The translations under genes were made by a program, and so were the position numbers. The notes under the pieces were generated by a model, which saw only the letters and a list, made by a program, of their open reading frames with translations, did no database searches and was not told the DNA's origin. A stretch of DNA of 64,000 nucleotides from a virus: positions 1 through 64,000 of the IMG/VR virus record IMGVR_UViG_3300005573_000004. The stretch is one strand, 5' to 3'. This document shows positions 36,753 through 48,552 of this stretch, in pieces. The number at the start of each line of letters is the position of its first letter. The stretch's first letter is position 1.

Positions 36753-37826
36753 TCATCTGTGCAAGAAATCTAAGATATCAATATAACTATTGTTTTTATA
36801 ATCCCAACCTAACCCTTTTGTTGCATAATCATATCCATCTTGTAAAATCTGTGTTTTTGTAAAATCTAATGAATCGCATGGAGCTTTTTCTGGCCAAAGA
36901 GCCATAACATCCCAATCAGAATTTTTAACCTTATCAATAATAAGCATTTCTGCTAATTGTTCTTGAGCACTTAATGCTGCTGGGATGGTGCCTAATAATG
37001 CATCCCTGTAAGCTTTAAATGATTTATCTGAAGTTTGTGGAGCTTCGTTTGTCCAAGTATCTATAGTTTCATCTGGAAAACAAAATATAATTATAGCTTT
37101 TTTAACTGCATTATCTGGAAAAGCTTCATTATATTTTGAAAGCGAAATAAAAGGATTATTTGCTCCAGCACCGCCATCTACATACCAATTAGTTTTACCA
37201 TTGATAGTTATAGGTACAGATTTAAAAATACCAGGAATAGCAGACGTAGCCTTTAATGCATCCGCAACTTTTACATTTGCCACTCTTTGATCAAAACTAC
37301 TAAAAAATTCTTCTTTCTGAGTATTAAGATTTAATGCAGAAACAATGATTTTCATATTAAATAGAGTTGAAGCTTCTTTAAAAGTCATATCTCTAAAAAC
37401 ATTATCAATAAGTTTATGCAAATTTGAATTATCTAAAATTGATTCTGCTCCAGTTAAAAAACCTATACCTGCTCCGATCTTGCCTAATAAATTTAATTCA
37501 CCTTGATAAATATCACTATTCTTTGTAATTCCTTCCCAAACATCAATTGCAGCAGTATATGGTTCTGGCGGACGTCCTCCAGAACCCATATCAATTCCAG
37601 TTTCTATCTTATCTTTAGGTAATGTTCCGCCATACAAAGCGAATAAACCCGAGTTCAACCCTCCTACCGAAGTTCCAGTAACGACCTTAGCTTGTTCCAA
37701 AATACCTAATTGAGCTAAGGCTACCAAAACTCCGGCTTGCCACCTTCCAGCTCCCCCTCCACCTGCAAGAACTATCCCAAATGGTGGTAATTGTTCCTGA
37801 ACAAATATTCCTTCTTTTAATTTCAT
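36753..37826 (-). CDS. patatin-like phospholipase
   Basis: LAGGGGAG oxyanion loop, GTSVG nucleophile, SAIPG, DGG. Confidence 0.88.
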   Translation of the reverse strand: MKLKEGIFVQEQLPPFGIVLAGGGGAGRWQAGVLVALAQLGILEQAKVVTGTSVGGLNSGLFALYGGTLPKDKIETGIDMGSGGRPPEPYTAAIDVWEGITKNSDIYQGELNLLGKIGAGIGFLTGAESILDNSNLHKLIDNVFRDMTFKEASTLFNMKIIVSALNLNTQKEEFFSSFDQRVANVKVADALKATSAIPGIFKSVPITINGKTNWYVDGGAGANNPFISLSKYNEAFPDNAVKKAIIIFCFPDETIDTWTNEAPQTSDKSFKAYRDALLGTIPAALSAQEQLAEMLIIDKVKNSDWDVMALWPEKAPCDSLDFTKTQILQDGYDYATKGLGWDYKNNSYIDILDFLHR

Positions 37827-37838
37827 TTCATCCTCCTA

Positions 37839-39799
<1,961 letters not shown>

Positions 39800-39842
39800 A
39801 GTATCCTCCTTTCTTTTTATTTAAATTATGAATTACCTAAAC

Positions 39843-40271
39843 TTATTTTACAGAATTGATCCAAAATTTACAAAAATCAATATTCTTATCAATTTTCGGA
39901 ATTACTTTTTTTACATTTAATTCTTTTGCTTTCTCTAAGTAAGTCAAGGCTTCTTTTAACAAATTTATATTTTCTATTTTGTTACCTAATGTCCTAAATT
40001 TTTTAATTAAGCAATATCCTGCACTATTAAGCTGATATGCCTGTATTTCAACAGTTGCTGATTTTGCTGCAAAGTCTGCCGCTTTGAGATAATTCACGAT
40101 TGCTATAGTAGTACTTCCATCAGTATCGGCTTTTATTGCTGCATCTCTAGCTAATTTATACGCCTTATAATCACCTGCATTCTTCCAAGAACCTGCTACT
40201 AAAGAATTAACAAAAATCAAAGATAAACCTATTAACATAATTAATTTTAATTTTTTCATATAGACCTCCAT
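39843..40271 (-). CDS. exported helical (TPR-like) protein
   Basis: Signal peptide; EA.TYL.KAKEL and KI..N..F..W shared with 25701..26288. Confidence 0.6.
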   Translation of the reverse strand: MEVYMKKLKLIMLIGLSLIFVNSLVAGSWKNAGDYKAYKLARDAAIKADTDGSTTIAIVNYLKAADFAAKSATVEIQAYQLNSAGYCLIKKFRTLGNKIENINLLKEALTYLEKAKELNVKKVIPKIDKNIDFCKFWINSVK

Positions 40272-40276
40272 TTATA

Positions 40277-40576
40277 TTATTTTTTATTTTCCTTTTGTGT
40301 CGGAAATTCAAGTCTTACACGTTCAACAGTTATTGCTTTTAATGCTCCTAAGATTTTGAAATCTACAAAATTTCCTGAACCTTTTCTTTTATTTACTGTT
40401 TCAGTCCATTTTTCTTTAAGCCATTCTGTAGTTATCTTTTCTGGTAAAACAAGTACACCACCTTTTTGAAAAATGTCATTTACTATTCTGCAAATACTAT
40501 CCATTCCGACAGCATCTGGTGCGTAATTTGGATCTGTAAATTCCATTCTGAAAATTATTGATTCTACTTCAGGCAT
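40277..40576 (-). CDS. hypothetical protein
   Basis: AAGGAGG RBS. Confidence 0.55.
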   Translation of the reverse strand: MPEVESIIFRMEFTDPNYAPDAVGMDSICRIVNDIFQKGGVLVLPEKITTEWLKEKWTETVNKRKGSGNFVDFKILGALKAITVERVRLEFPTQKENKK

Positions 40577-40672
40577 AGATTTGCCTCCTTTCTCATTAAA
40601 ATGGAATTATAATCATGAACCCTATTATGGAACCAAAAGTTATTGAACTTGTAAATATAGGAACCAAAAACA

Positions 40673-41200
40673 TTATTCGCCTCCTTTTGGATTATCTAAA
40701 CCGTCTTCATCATCTTTTGACGGAAATAAATCACACCATAACAAAAATAACAAGCAACAACCAGCATGAGCTAAATGCATAAGTCCTGATTCTTTATCAT
40801 AAATCTTCTCACGGTTACGTCCATAATTTGCATCTTCCTTCCAAGCAATTAAATGTCTCATTAATGCATCATAGTATCTCCAACGTCTTCCTTTTACTAA
40901 TTTCCAATTATTTGGTGCATATTTTTTTGCTCCATAAGTTAAAACTTTAACTATTTCTCTTACTGCGGCATCAGGCAATAGTCCCCATCTTAATTTTTCT
41001 CCGTCAAACTTCATTCCTGTATCATTTTGTTTATCCTCTTTTAATTCAGAAATTTCTTTTTCCTCTAGCACTACCAAAGACTTTGAAGATATATCATTAA
41101 AATCGTATGCCTTCGTTATAGCATTAAATTGTTCAAATTTTATATGCCCATATTCTGGATGAAAATATATTTTACCACTTACTAATTCTTCTTTTTTCAT
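40673..41200 (-). CDS. DUF5664 dATP/dGTP diphosphohydrolase-like protein
   Basis: G.KFD..K.RW.LLP, VLTYGAKKY...NW, DA..RH, ESGL.HLAHA. Confidence 0.85.
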   Translation of the reverse strand: MKKEELVSGKIYFHPEYGHIKFEQFNAITKAYDFNDISSKSLVVLEEKEISELKEDKQNDTGMKFDGEKLRWGLLPDAAVREIVKVLTYGAKKYAPNNWKLVKGRRWRYYDALMRHLIAWKEDANYGRNREKIYDKESGLMHLAHAGCCLLFLLWCDLFPSKDDEDGLDNPKGGE

Positions 41201-41232
41201 TTTTCCTCCTTATGTTCTGTATCATACTTAAA

Positions 41233-41400
41233 CTAACGTATAATTTTTGCTTGATGTTTGTCAATGAACCAATACTTACCAAGATATTTAACAAGATACT
41301 TGTTTCTATGTATTTCATAAACTGGCAAAATAGTTCCTACTGGAATAATTATCTTGGTAGCATTACCTTTAATTTCTTTTACTGTTTTTACTTGTTTCAT
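41233..41400 (-). CDS. small hypothetical protein (55 aa, not in ORF track)
   Basis: AAAGGAG RBS; MKQVKTVKEIKGN...AKIIR*. Confidence 0.55.
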   Translation of the reverse strand: MKQVKTVKEIKGNATKIIIPVGTILPVYEIHRNKYLVKYLGKYWFIDKHQAKIIR

Positions 41401-41424
41401 ATCTTACTCCTTTCACTGTTACTC

Positions 41425-41450
41425 TCCTACTATATATATACGACAAAATT
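41425..41450 (-). promoter_or_regulatory. conserved phage promoter-like motif, copy 2
   Basis: AATTTTGTCGTATATATATAGTAGGA. Confidence 0.7.
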
Positions 41451-41483
41451 ATGTATTTTTTAGAAAAAATTTTAAAAAATTTT

Positions 41484-41560
41484 TGGCGCCCCCGGAAGGG
41501 ATCGAACCTTCGGCCCTTTCATTCGTAGTGAAATGCTCTGATCCACTGAGCTACGGGGGC
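41484..41560 (-). tRNA. tRNA-Arg(ACG)
   Basis: Cloverleaf: GCCCCCG acceptor stem, GCTC D-stem, TTTCA-CTACGAA-TGAAA anticodon arm, TTCGATC T-loop, encoded CCA. Confidence 0.95.
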
Positions 41561-41567
41561 ATTCCGT

Positions 41568-42266
41568 TCAATCTAATATTTCTAATTTTTGAACATTATT
41601 TTTAATAGTTTCAGCTAAATCTTGCATTTCTTGCTTTGTATAAGAATGATATTTAGACCATTCTGGATCAAGTGTAGTTATTGGTCTAAACGCTTGCAAA
41701 ACATAAAGTTTTGCCCCAATTATTATAGTGCTAATGTTATAAATATCTACATCAGTATGAAATTCTTTAATTAAGGTTGTACGAAATTGATAATCTATAT
41801 TAGATTGTTTTAATAAAGCAATAGATTCTAAAATTTTTGTAGTATCTATTTTTATACCAGCTGCTTGACTATATTTTTCGTCATTTAAAGGGTCTTGTTT
41901 AATATCCATAGCTATATAATCAACTAAATTACTATTTAATAATTTAAGCAGCATTTCTGGGTTATATCCATTAGTATCTAATTTTATAGATAACCCAAGG
42001 TCTCTAACTTTTTTTAAAAAATCTAAGATATCTTTTTGAATAGTAGGTTCTCCTCCAGAAATTACTAAACCTTCTATTAGTTTAGAACGAGATTTTAATA
42101 TTGATAAGATTTGGTCTTCTGACGAAATTTCAGTTTTATAATTTACCAATTCATAGTTCTGACAGAACGGACATTTAAAATTACATCCAGGAGTAAATAC
42201 GACAATTGATATCTTATCTGGATAATCTATGGAGGAACTTGGTATAATCCCACCAAACTGCATCAT
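41568..42266 (-). CDS. nrdG: anaerobic RNR activating radical-SAM protein
   Basis: GCNFKCPFCQN, ISGGEPT, KLDTNG; adjacent to nrdD. Confidence 0.92.
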   Translation of the reverse strand: MMQFGGIIPSSSIDYPDKISIVVFTPGCNFKCPFCQNYELVNYKTEISSEDQILSILKSRSKLIEGLVISGGEPTIQKDILDFLKKVRDLGLSIKLDTNGYNPEMLLKLLNSNLVDYIAMDIKQDPLNDEKYSQAAGIKIDTTKILESIALLKQSNIDYQFRTTLIKEFHTDVDIYNISTIIIGAKLYVLQAFRPITTLDPEWSKYHSYTKQEMQDLAETIKNNVQKLEILD

Positions 42267-45262
42267 TTATCATCTCCTTCCTGCAATTTTCTTAACTCTT
42301 CCTCTAAAGCCTTTTTCTCTTCTAAACATTTTGGACATACGCTATGCTCTCCTGAAATATACCCGTGTTTTGGACAAATACTAAATGTAGGCGTAATTGA
42401 TATATAGGGTAAATTATATTTTTCAAATATTTTCTTTACCAACAATTTTGCTTGCTTTGCTACTAATCTTTCTCCGGTATATATGTGCAATACCGTTCCA
42501 CCAGTATATGAAGATTGAATTTTATCTTGGTGTTCAAGTACTGTTGCTATATCATTTGTGAAATTAACTGGTAGCATAGTTGAATTAGTAAAGTATGGAG
42601 TATCTTTACCAGAAGTAAAAATTTTAGAACTCCGTCTTTTAGCAGCAAGAGCTAATTTATAAGATGCTCCTTCAGCTGGAGTAGCCTCTAGATTATAAAA
42701 GTTTTTAGTTTCATTTTGAAATTCTAATAATTTTTTATTCATAAATGCTAATACTCTTTCAGCTAATTTTTTACCTTCTTCGGTTTCATATTTAATTCCT
42801 AACATTTGTGCCGCTTCATACATTCCAATTATACCTATAGTTGAAAAATGGTTTGCCCAATACCGACCATCACGTAACTTTACGTTTTTTAGATAATGCT
42901 TTGAATAAGGATATAGTCCTTTCTCAGTTAATTCTTCTAATACCTTTCTTTTTGCTTCCAATGCTTCTTTTGCAATTATCATATATTTCTCTATGCCTGT
43001 AAAAAATTTATCAATAGAACCATTAGCATCATAAGCAATCATCGGTAAACTCAAAGTTATAACACCAATACTTCCTGTTAATGACCCAGACCCAAATAAT
43101 CCTCCACCACGTTTATGTAATTCCTTTAATGATAGTCTTAATCTACAATTGTGCGTAAGAGTTCCGACTCTACCTACTGTAAATAAATGGTCATCTGTAT
43201 CTACTTCTAAACAATAAGCATCTTCAATACGATCTAAATCTTTAATTGATTCTATACGTATCCATAATTTGTTTTCACGTTTAAATACTATGTCTTTACT
43301 GTATTTTTTATTTGATTGGTATAATGAAACAGTATATTTTGTTTTTGAAAAAATATTTTTATTAGTAACATTTTCTACAAACGTAGTAGTTCCTAAAGAT
43401 GCGGCTATTAAATTCAACATTTCTACCATCTTAGATGAAGATGTATGAATTTTGTCTCCGCCATATGTATCAAAATGTCCATCAATCAGTCCTTGTCTAA
43501 ACTCAGCAGAAGTATTCAATACTGATGGAAGATAGTATTTATCTTGTCTAATTCCACCTACATAATCTCTACATAGACCAACTGCAGCTTTGGATTTAAT
43601 ATTTAAACTAATAGAATTTCCAGAATCATTTACATTAACTTCTGATCCCCATAAATTTTTTGAAATTATAAAATCGCGTATTTTTTGTAATATCTTTGAA
43701 CTTATATTTTTATTTAATATAAAAGTTAAACTGGAGTCTCCTTGACAGAATCCTGATCCAGCATAACATCCGACAAAATATCCTAATTCATATGTACCAC
43801 CATCTCCTGGTAGGACCTCCAACGAATATGGTAGATACATTCCAGGTTTTAACTCATTTGTAGGTAGTGTAATAGATTTTTTACTTTTATTATTTTGCAT
43901 TACCAAATTAGCGTGGTCGTTGGATGTAACTAGTTTATGTCCGTTTGCTAAAGTAATTTCAACCATTTTTTTACCTTCAAATTTATTTACCCTTGCAGGA
44001 ACGTATTTATTACCAGATAGTACTTGAATTTCTTTTCCACTATAAGAGTTATAATATAAATCTTTTATTGTAGATATTTTTACACCATAGTCGCCTTTAG
44101 ACTTGTAAACTATCAATTCATTCTTTTCTAAAGGACACATTGACCTAGCATCCTCTGGACTTAAGTCTGAATTAATAAAATTTGCAAAATATGGAAGTCC
44201 ATATTTCGCCGTTGCTTCCCATAAGATATCTAAATTTGGATTATCCCAATCAAAATTTTTATCTATATTTATAGTTGGAATAGGAAAAGTAAATATTCTT
44301 CCGTGTGCATCTCCTTCTATCATAACTTCAAAGAACGCTCTATTAAACATATCCATCTCTTTCTGAAATTCCTTAAAAGTCTCTTTTTGATATTGTCCAC
44401 CAATTATTACTGGTTGATCCGCTAAATGTTTTGGAACTACTAAATCTAAGGTTATATTACTAAAAGGTGTTTGCCCACCAACTCTTGTCGGTACGTTCAT
44501 ATTGAATACAAAATTCTGCATAGCTTGTTTTACTTCTTTATAAGTCAATTTGTCATAATAAATAAATGGAGCTAAATATGTATCAAAATTTGAAAAAGCT
44601 TGAGCTCCACTAGATTCGTTTTGTAATGTAAATATGAAATTAACTGCTTGTCCTAATGCTGTATCAAAATGTTTTGGAGGTGCTGAATACACCTTTCCTG
44701 GAACGCCTCCAAATCCTTGAAGTAGTAAGTCCTGAATATCCCAACCTACACAATACACTGAAAACGAGTCTAAATCGTGAATATGCATATATCCCTCTTT
44801 ATATGCAGTTGTAGCCTTTTGCGGATAATATAATTCCAACCATTGTTTTTCAATTACCGCTCTAACTATGGCGTTATTAAGACCTTGTAACGAATAACTC
44901 ATATTTGCATTTTCATTTATTTCCCATGAGTCTTTATTTATGTATTTTGTAAAAACTTGTCTTAGTCCAGCTGGAGTTTGTATAGCATTTTGTAGTTGAC
45001 GCTGATATCTGTATTTTATATAAGCCCTAGCTACATGAAATAATTTATTTGACATAAGTACATCTTCTATGGTTTCTTCTACTTCATCTTTTGAAATTAT
45101 TTCTTTTTCCAAATTTTTTAATTTTTGAGTAACTTTGTCCGCCAATTCTTTAACCATATCTGGTATTAGTACATTTCCAGATGCTTGAAAGGCTTTTTCA
45201 ATTGATTCTACAACCAAAGCTTTGTCGTATTCTACTATTCCGCGTTTAGTTTCTATTTTCAT
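42263..45262 (-). CDS. nrdD: class III ribonucleotide reductase with ATP cone and intein
   Basis: HIHDL, RSMC/CRL finger loop split by an intein, EATPAEG, YTGGTVLH, FSICPKHGY...CPKC. Confidence 0.93.
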   Translation of the reverse strand: MKIETKRGIVEYDKALVVESIEKAFQASGNVLIPDMVKELADKVTQKLKNLEKEIISKDEVEETIEDVLMSNKLFHVARAYIKYRYQRQLQNAIQTPAGLRQVFTKYINKDSWEINENANMSYSLQGLNNAIVRAVIEKQWLELYYPQKATTAYKEGYMHIHDLDSFSVYCVGWDIQDLLLQGFGGVPGKVYSAPPKHFDTALGQAVNFIFTLQNESSGAQAFSNFDTYLAPFIYYDKLTYKEVKQAMQNFVFNMNVPTRVGGQTPFSNITLDLVVPKHLADQPVIIGGQYQKETFKEFQKEMDMFNRAFFEVMIEGDAHGRIFTFPIPTINIDKNFDWDNPNLDILWEATAKYGLPYFANFINSDLSPEDARSMCPLEKNELIVYKSKGDYGVKISTIKDLYYNSYSGKEIQVLSGNKYVPARVNKFEGKKMVEITLANGHKLVTSNDHANLVMQNNKSKKSITLPTNELKPGMYLPYSLEVLPGDGGTYELGYFVGCYAGSGFCQGDSSLTFILNKNISSKILQKIRDFIISKNLWGSEVNVNDSGNSISLNIKSKAAVGLCRDYVGGIRQDKYYLPSVLNTSAEFRQGLIDGHFDTYGGDKIHTSSSKMVEMLNLIAASLGTTTFVENVTNKNIFSKTKYTVSLYQSNKKYSKDIVFKRENKLWIRIESIKDLDRIEDAYCLEVDTDDHLFTVGRVGTLTHNCRLRLSLKELHKRGGGLFGSGSLTGSIGVITLSLPMIAYDANGSIDKFFTGIEKYMIIAKEALEAKRKVLEELTEKGLYPYSKHYLKNVKLRDGRYWANHFSTIGIIGMYEAAQMLGIKYETEEGKKLAERVLAFMNKKLLEFQNETKNFYNLEATPAEGASYKLALAAKRRSSKIFTSGKDTPYFTNSTMLPVNFTNDIATVLEHQDKIQSSYTGGTVLHIYTGERLVAKQAKLLVKKIFEKYNLPYISITPTFSICPKHGYISGEHSVCPKCLEEKKALEEELRKLQEGDDK
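43148..44137 (-). mobile_element. 330-aa intein with LAGLIDADG-type endonuclease remnant
   Basis: Starts CPL, block-B T.DH, LGYFVGCYAGSG and GLIDGHFDTYG helices, ends LTHN followed by Cys+1. Confidence 0.9.
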
Positions 45263-45271
45263 AGTTCCTCC

Positions 45272-46624
45272 TTAACCTAGATTTGATTCATCCCATAGCC
45301 CTTTAAGTGTGGGATTATCTTTAATTGACATAAGGGATGTTATATTAAAATCTTTCATTAGTTCAAATGAATCATTGGACCCATAACGGGATATTACACG
45401 GAAACGTAATGGAGAAACATTCAAACTATCTGGTTGGTCGTTCTGAATTACAAATAAGACATCTGCAGTTTGATACCAAACAAATGACCTTCCTATTGAT
45501 TCTCCACCTACTTCAAAATTATTTTTAGCATCATCTTGACTTTGTTTAAATGCTTTTTTAATACGAGCTTCATCGTTCTTACGTTGTACAGCAGCTAAAA
45601 CCGTAATATGATGTTTCCTTGCTATTTCTCTTAAATCTTCTGCTATATGTGCCTGATCTAAATGATCTTTGCCTGAAGGTATATTTGGACGCATCATAGT
45701 TCCGTGGTCAACTACTATTACATCATATTTTATCCCTGTCCTTAATTGCTGTTCTTCTAACTGTGCTTGAATAAAATCCGGAGTGCAACCTCCAAGAGTA
45801 TCAATAATAGTCAATTTTCCCCAATTATTTTCAATTTCATATTTAACTTGAGATAATTTTTGTAAGTCTTCTTGCGTCAATGTATGTTTTTCTAACGATG
45901 AATACGGAATTTTAGAAAAACAACTCATACATAAATTTACGTATTGATCTCTTGGAACTTCCAAAGTAAAAATTAAAACATTTACTTTTTGTTTAACCAT
46001 TCCACACGCCCAATTAATTAAAGTCCTTGTTTTTCCGATTTTTGGTAATGCAGCAACTAATACAAGCCATTCTGGTCTAAACCCGCCGACAAGGTCATCT
46101 ATTTCTGGATATCCAGTCATTATAGATTTAATATTTTTCTGAATTTTATAATTTTCAATAACATTTCCAACTTCTGAATTTAAATCAATAGTAAGTCGTT
46201 GTGTTGTTTCTATTTGAGCTAAATTTTGAATTATTTTCTTTATATTATTTTCTGCACTAGTTGGATCTGAACTTCTAAGGTTTATTAAAGTAGATTGCAA
46301 TCCCTGCTCAATTATCACCGATTTTTTCTTTGTTCTTAATTGGTCGGCTAAGAATTCTATATGCAATTCACTTAATTCATCTGGATTAAACTTAACATAT
46401 TCATCAATTATAGCTTCTGGAGTTTGCAATTGTGCCAATTTTAATTTTAAAGCTTCTGAAGAAATCGGTTTATTATATTCTCTAAAATAATCAAACATGA
46501 CTCTAGCAACAGTTTGATTGGCCGGTGTCATAAAATATGTAACATCTATCCCTAACGATATCAGTTCTCGCATACTATCTGGAGAATATAATAAAAAATG
46601 AATCGTTAATTTTTCTATATCCAT
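45272..46624 (-). CDS. dnaB: DnaB-like replicative helicase
   Basis: TGY..ID...GG, A.PKIGKT, FTLE, VVDH, L..IAR, Q.AD. Confidence 0.88.
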   Translation of the reverse strand: MDIEKLTIHFLLYSPDSMRELISLGIDVTYFMTPANQTVARVMFDYFREYNKPISSEALKLKLAQLQTPEAIIDEYVKFNPDELSELHIEFLADQLRTKKKSVIIEQGLQSTLINLRSSDPTSAENNIKKIIQNLAQIETTQRLTIDLNSEVGNVIENYKIQKNIKSIMTGYPEIDDLVGGFRPEWLVLVAALPKIGKTRTLINWACGMVKQKVNVLIFTLEVPRDQYVNLCMSCFSKIPYSSLEKHTLTQEDLQKLSQVKYEIENNWGKLTIIDTLGGCTPDFIQAQLEEQQLRTGIKYDVIVVDHGTMMRPNIPSGKDHLDQAHIAEDLREIARKHHITVLAAVQRKNDEARIKKAFKQSQDDAKNNFEVGGESIGRSFVWYQTADVLFVIQNDQPDSLNVSPLRFRVISRYGSNDSFELMKDFNITSLMSIKDNPTLKGLWDESNLG

Positions 46625-46649
46625 TATTAGATGACTCCTTTCAGGATTT

Positions 46650-47330
46650 TTAACTATTTCTTGCGTTTGGCCTAAAATTTACTCCTACTACTTCTGATAT
46701 CCATTGAGGTGAAAGCATTGCTGATAAAACTGGAAATTTTACTACTAAATCTCTATAATCTCTGGATGAAACAAGAATAGTTGGCATCTTATTTCCATAT
46801 CTCGGTTTAATTATCTTCTCTAATAAATCTTGGGCGTATTGAGAAGTGCTGTTAATGTTAAGTTTGTCTTTTCCTAAATCATCTATAACTAAAAAATCTA
46901 CAGAGCGTAATTTTTCTATTAGTTCATCGTCTACAATATTGCCATCTACTAAATCCGTCCAAATAATATATAAACACGTATAATCCTTTTTCAAAGCTTC
47001 TTTTAAAATTAGTGAAGCTGCAAGTGTCTTTCCTACGCCAACATCCCCATAAATTAACCAAAGCGTTCCGTCTTGTCTATGCTTATGTATGTTTTTCATA
47101 TAAGCTTCAACATCCCTAGTAAACTGAACGTGCTTAATATGCTGCACTTGTGGTTGAAAATCTTTAAACGTTAAAGACCAGTACGCTCTCTGAATTCCTG
47201 CTTCTAAAAATTTTTGTTCTCTAATTTTTTGTTTAAGTTGCTGACCTGCTATGCAATCACAATAAGCTACAAATTTGTTGTTTCCATCTGTAATATAACC
47301 TGTATCATGACATTTTATACAGTTACTCAC
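46650..47330 (-). CDS. DnaC/IstB-like helicase loader
   Basis: C..C.D.G...C.C Zn site, GDVGVGKT, LVIDDLG, R.....PTI; adjacent to dnaB. Confidence 0.85.
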   Translation of the reverse strand: MSNCIKCHDTGYITDGNNKFVAYCDCIAGQQLKQKIREQKFLEAGIQRAYWSLTFKDFQPQVQHIKHVQFTRDVEAYMKNIHKHRQDGTLWLIYGDVGVGKTLAASLILKEALKKDYTCLYIIWTDLVDGNIVDDELIEKLRSVDFLVIDDLGKDKLNINSTSQYAQDLLEKIIKPRYGNKMPTILVSSRDYRDLVVKFPVLSAMLSPQWISEVVGVNFRPNARNS

Positions 47331-47901
47331 GATGACTCTCCTTGTATAAATGATATAGTTTTCTTTTTAATGATAGTATACGAATTATACTATATTTCAT
47401 GTGTTTGTCAAGCTTTATCTTACATAATTTTAAATATAATTTATTTAAAACATCTGGAGATTGAACATCTGTCATGCTAGCAACTATTATTGCTTTTCCT
47501 TCAGGTTTTAATCTATAAAATAAAGATTTCTTGTCTATACTTACTGGAGTGCCTAATAAAAATTTTCTTATTAACGAGAGCGACTGATAATAAATTCCGT
47601 GTGAATATTTCGGATTTCCAGCATCTAACGAAACTATCAAGATAATATGTCCACTATGTATTTTTACATCAAAATGAAATGCACTAGTAGGAACAACAAC
47701 TACATTAAAGTCGTATGATAACGGCACTAAATCAGATATTCCAATATGATATATGTTTTTAACTTTTATTTGTTTAATTGCATCTGGTTTAACAGCATCT
47801 ATAAATTTTTTAATAGCTAAACTTGGATAATGTCTTTTATAAATAGGTTCATCTGGATTAACAAGATAAAGACATACTTTATGTTTAATAATTTGTGCCA
47901 T
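47323..47901 (-). CDS. hypothetical protein
   Basis: Packed ORF in the replication cluster. Confidence 0.5.
   Translation of the reverse strand: MAQIIKHKVCLYLVNPDEPIYKRHYPSLAIKKFIDAVKPDAIKQIKVKNIYHIGISDLVPLSYDFNVVVVPTSAFHFDVKIHSGHIILIVSLDAGNPKYSHGIYYQSLSLIRKFLLGTPVSIDKKSLFYRLKPEGKAIIVASMTDVQSPDVLNKLYLKLCKIKLDKHMKYSIIRILSLKRKLYHLYKESHRE
47384..47411 (-). promoter_or_regulatory. sigma70-type promoter TTGACA-N16-TATAAT upstream of loader/helicase
   Basis: Perfect hexamers with 16-bp spacer. Confidence 0.6.
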
Positions 47902-47913
47902 AAGTTTTCTGCC

Positions 47914-48552
47914 TCACTTTACTATGACTAAGGTATCTGATTGTGGGCTTAATTCAATTTGTACTGTTAAATCAAACTTTTCAAGAAGGTCTAATATTTT
48001 TGCTGAAATAATATCTCTGTTCTTACAAATAAAATACCAATTTCCATATTCATCTGTGAATAATGCTGAAAAATATTTTCCTAGTATTTTACTATTTTTA
48101 TCCAATAATCTGGATAAGCGTTCACTAGTTGTAGTATATGGCAATGTTAGAGAATGAAATAATGTATTCCCAATAAATAATTTATCAACATAAGTATTAT
48201 CATAAAATACATATTTATGGTTAAATGAGCCTGTTTCTTTTTCTGGTAGTCCTCCTAGAATATAAAATACATAACGTTCGTCTACTATATTACCTTTAAC
48301 CCATGTAAAAAGTATTCCATCTTTTACTGCTCCAGAAACAATAGTTCCGTTATAGTTTAAATAAGATGCCATTTTCTTTTTAACTTCTAGATTTTTTTCT
48401 TTAGATAATTTTAAATTATAAAATCTAGGGTCCAGAAAATACATTTCTCGTTGAACAGGAGACATAGATGGTAAATTTTTCTCAATTATAGGTTGTATTA
48501 GTAATGGTTTTTTCTCTCTGTTGTAAGCTGCTAATAAATCCAAATATTCCAT
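47914..48552 (-). CDS. hypothetical protein
   Basis: Packed ORF. Confidence 0.55.
   Translation of the reverse strand: MEYLDLLAAYNREKKPLLIQPIIEKNLPSMSPVQREMYFLDPRFYNLKLSKEKNLEVKKKMASYLNYNGTIVSGAVKDGILFTWVKGNIVDERYVFYILGGLPEKETGSFNHKYVFYDNTYVDKLFIGNTLFHSLTLPYTTTSERLSRLLDKNSKILGKYFSALFTDEYGNWYFICKNRDIISAKILDLLEKFDLTVQIELSPQSDTLVIVK

Noticed and set aside
40673-41200. Evidence for a 2-aminoadenine (Z) genome
   Set aside because: DUF5664 also occurs without Z synthesis, and no purZ or datZ is seen in this window.
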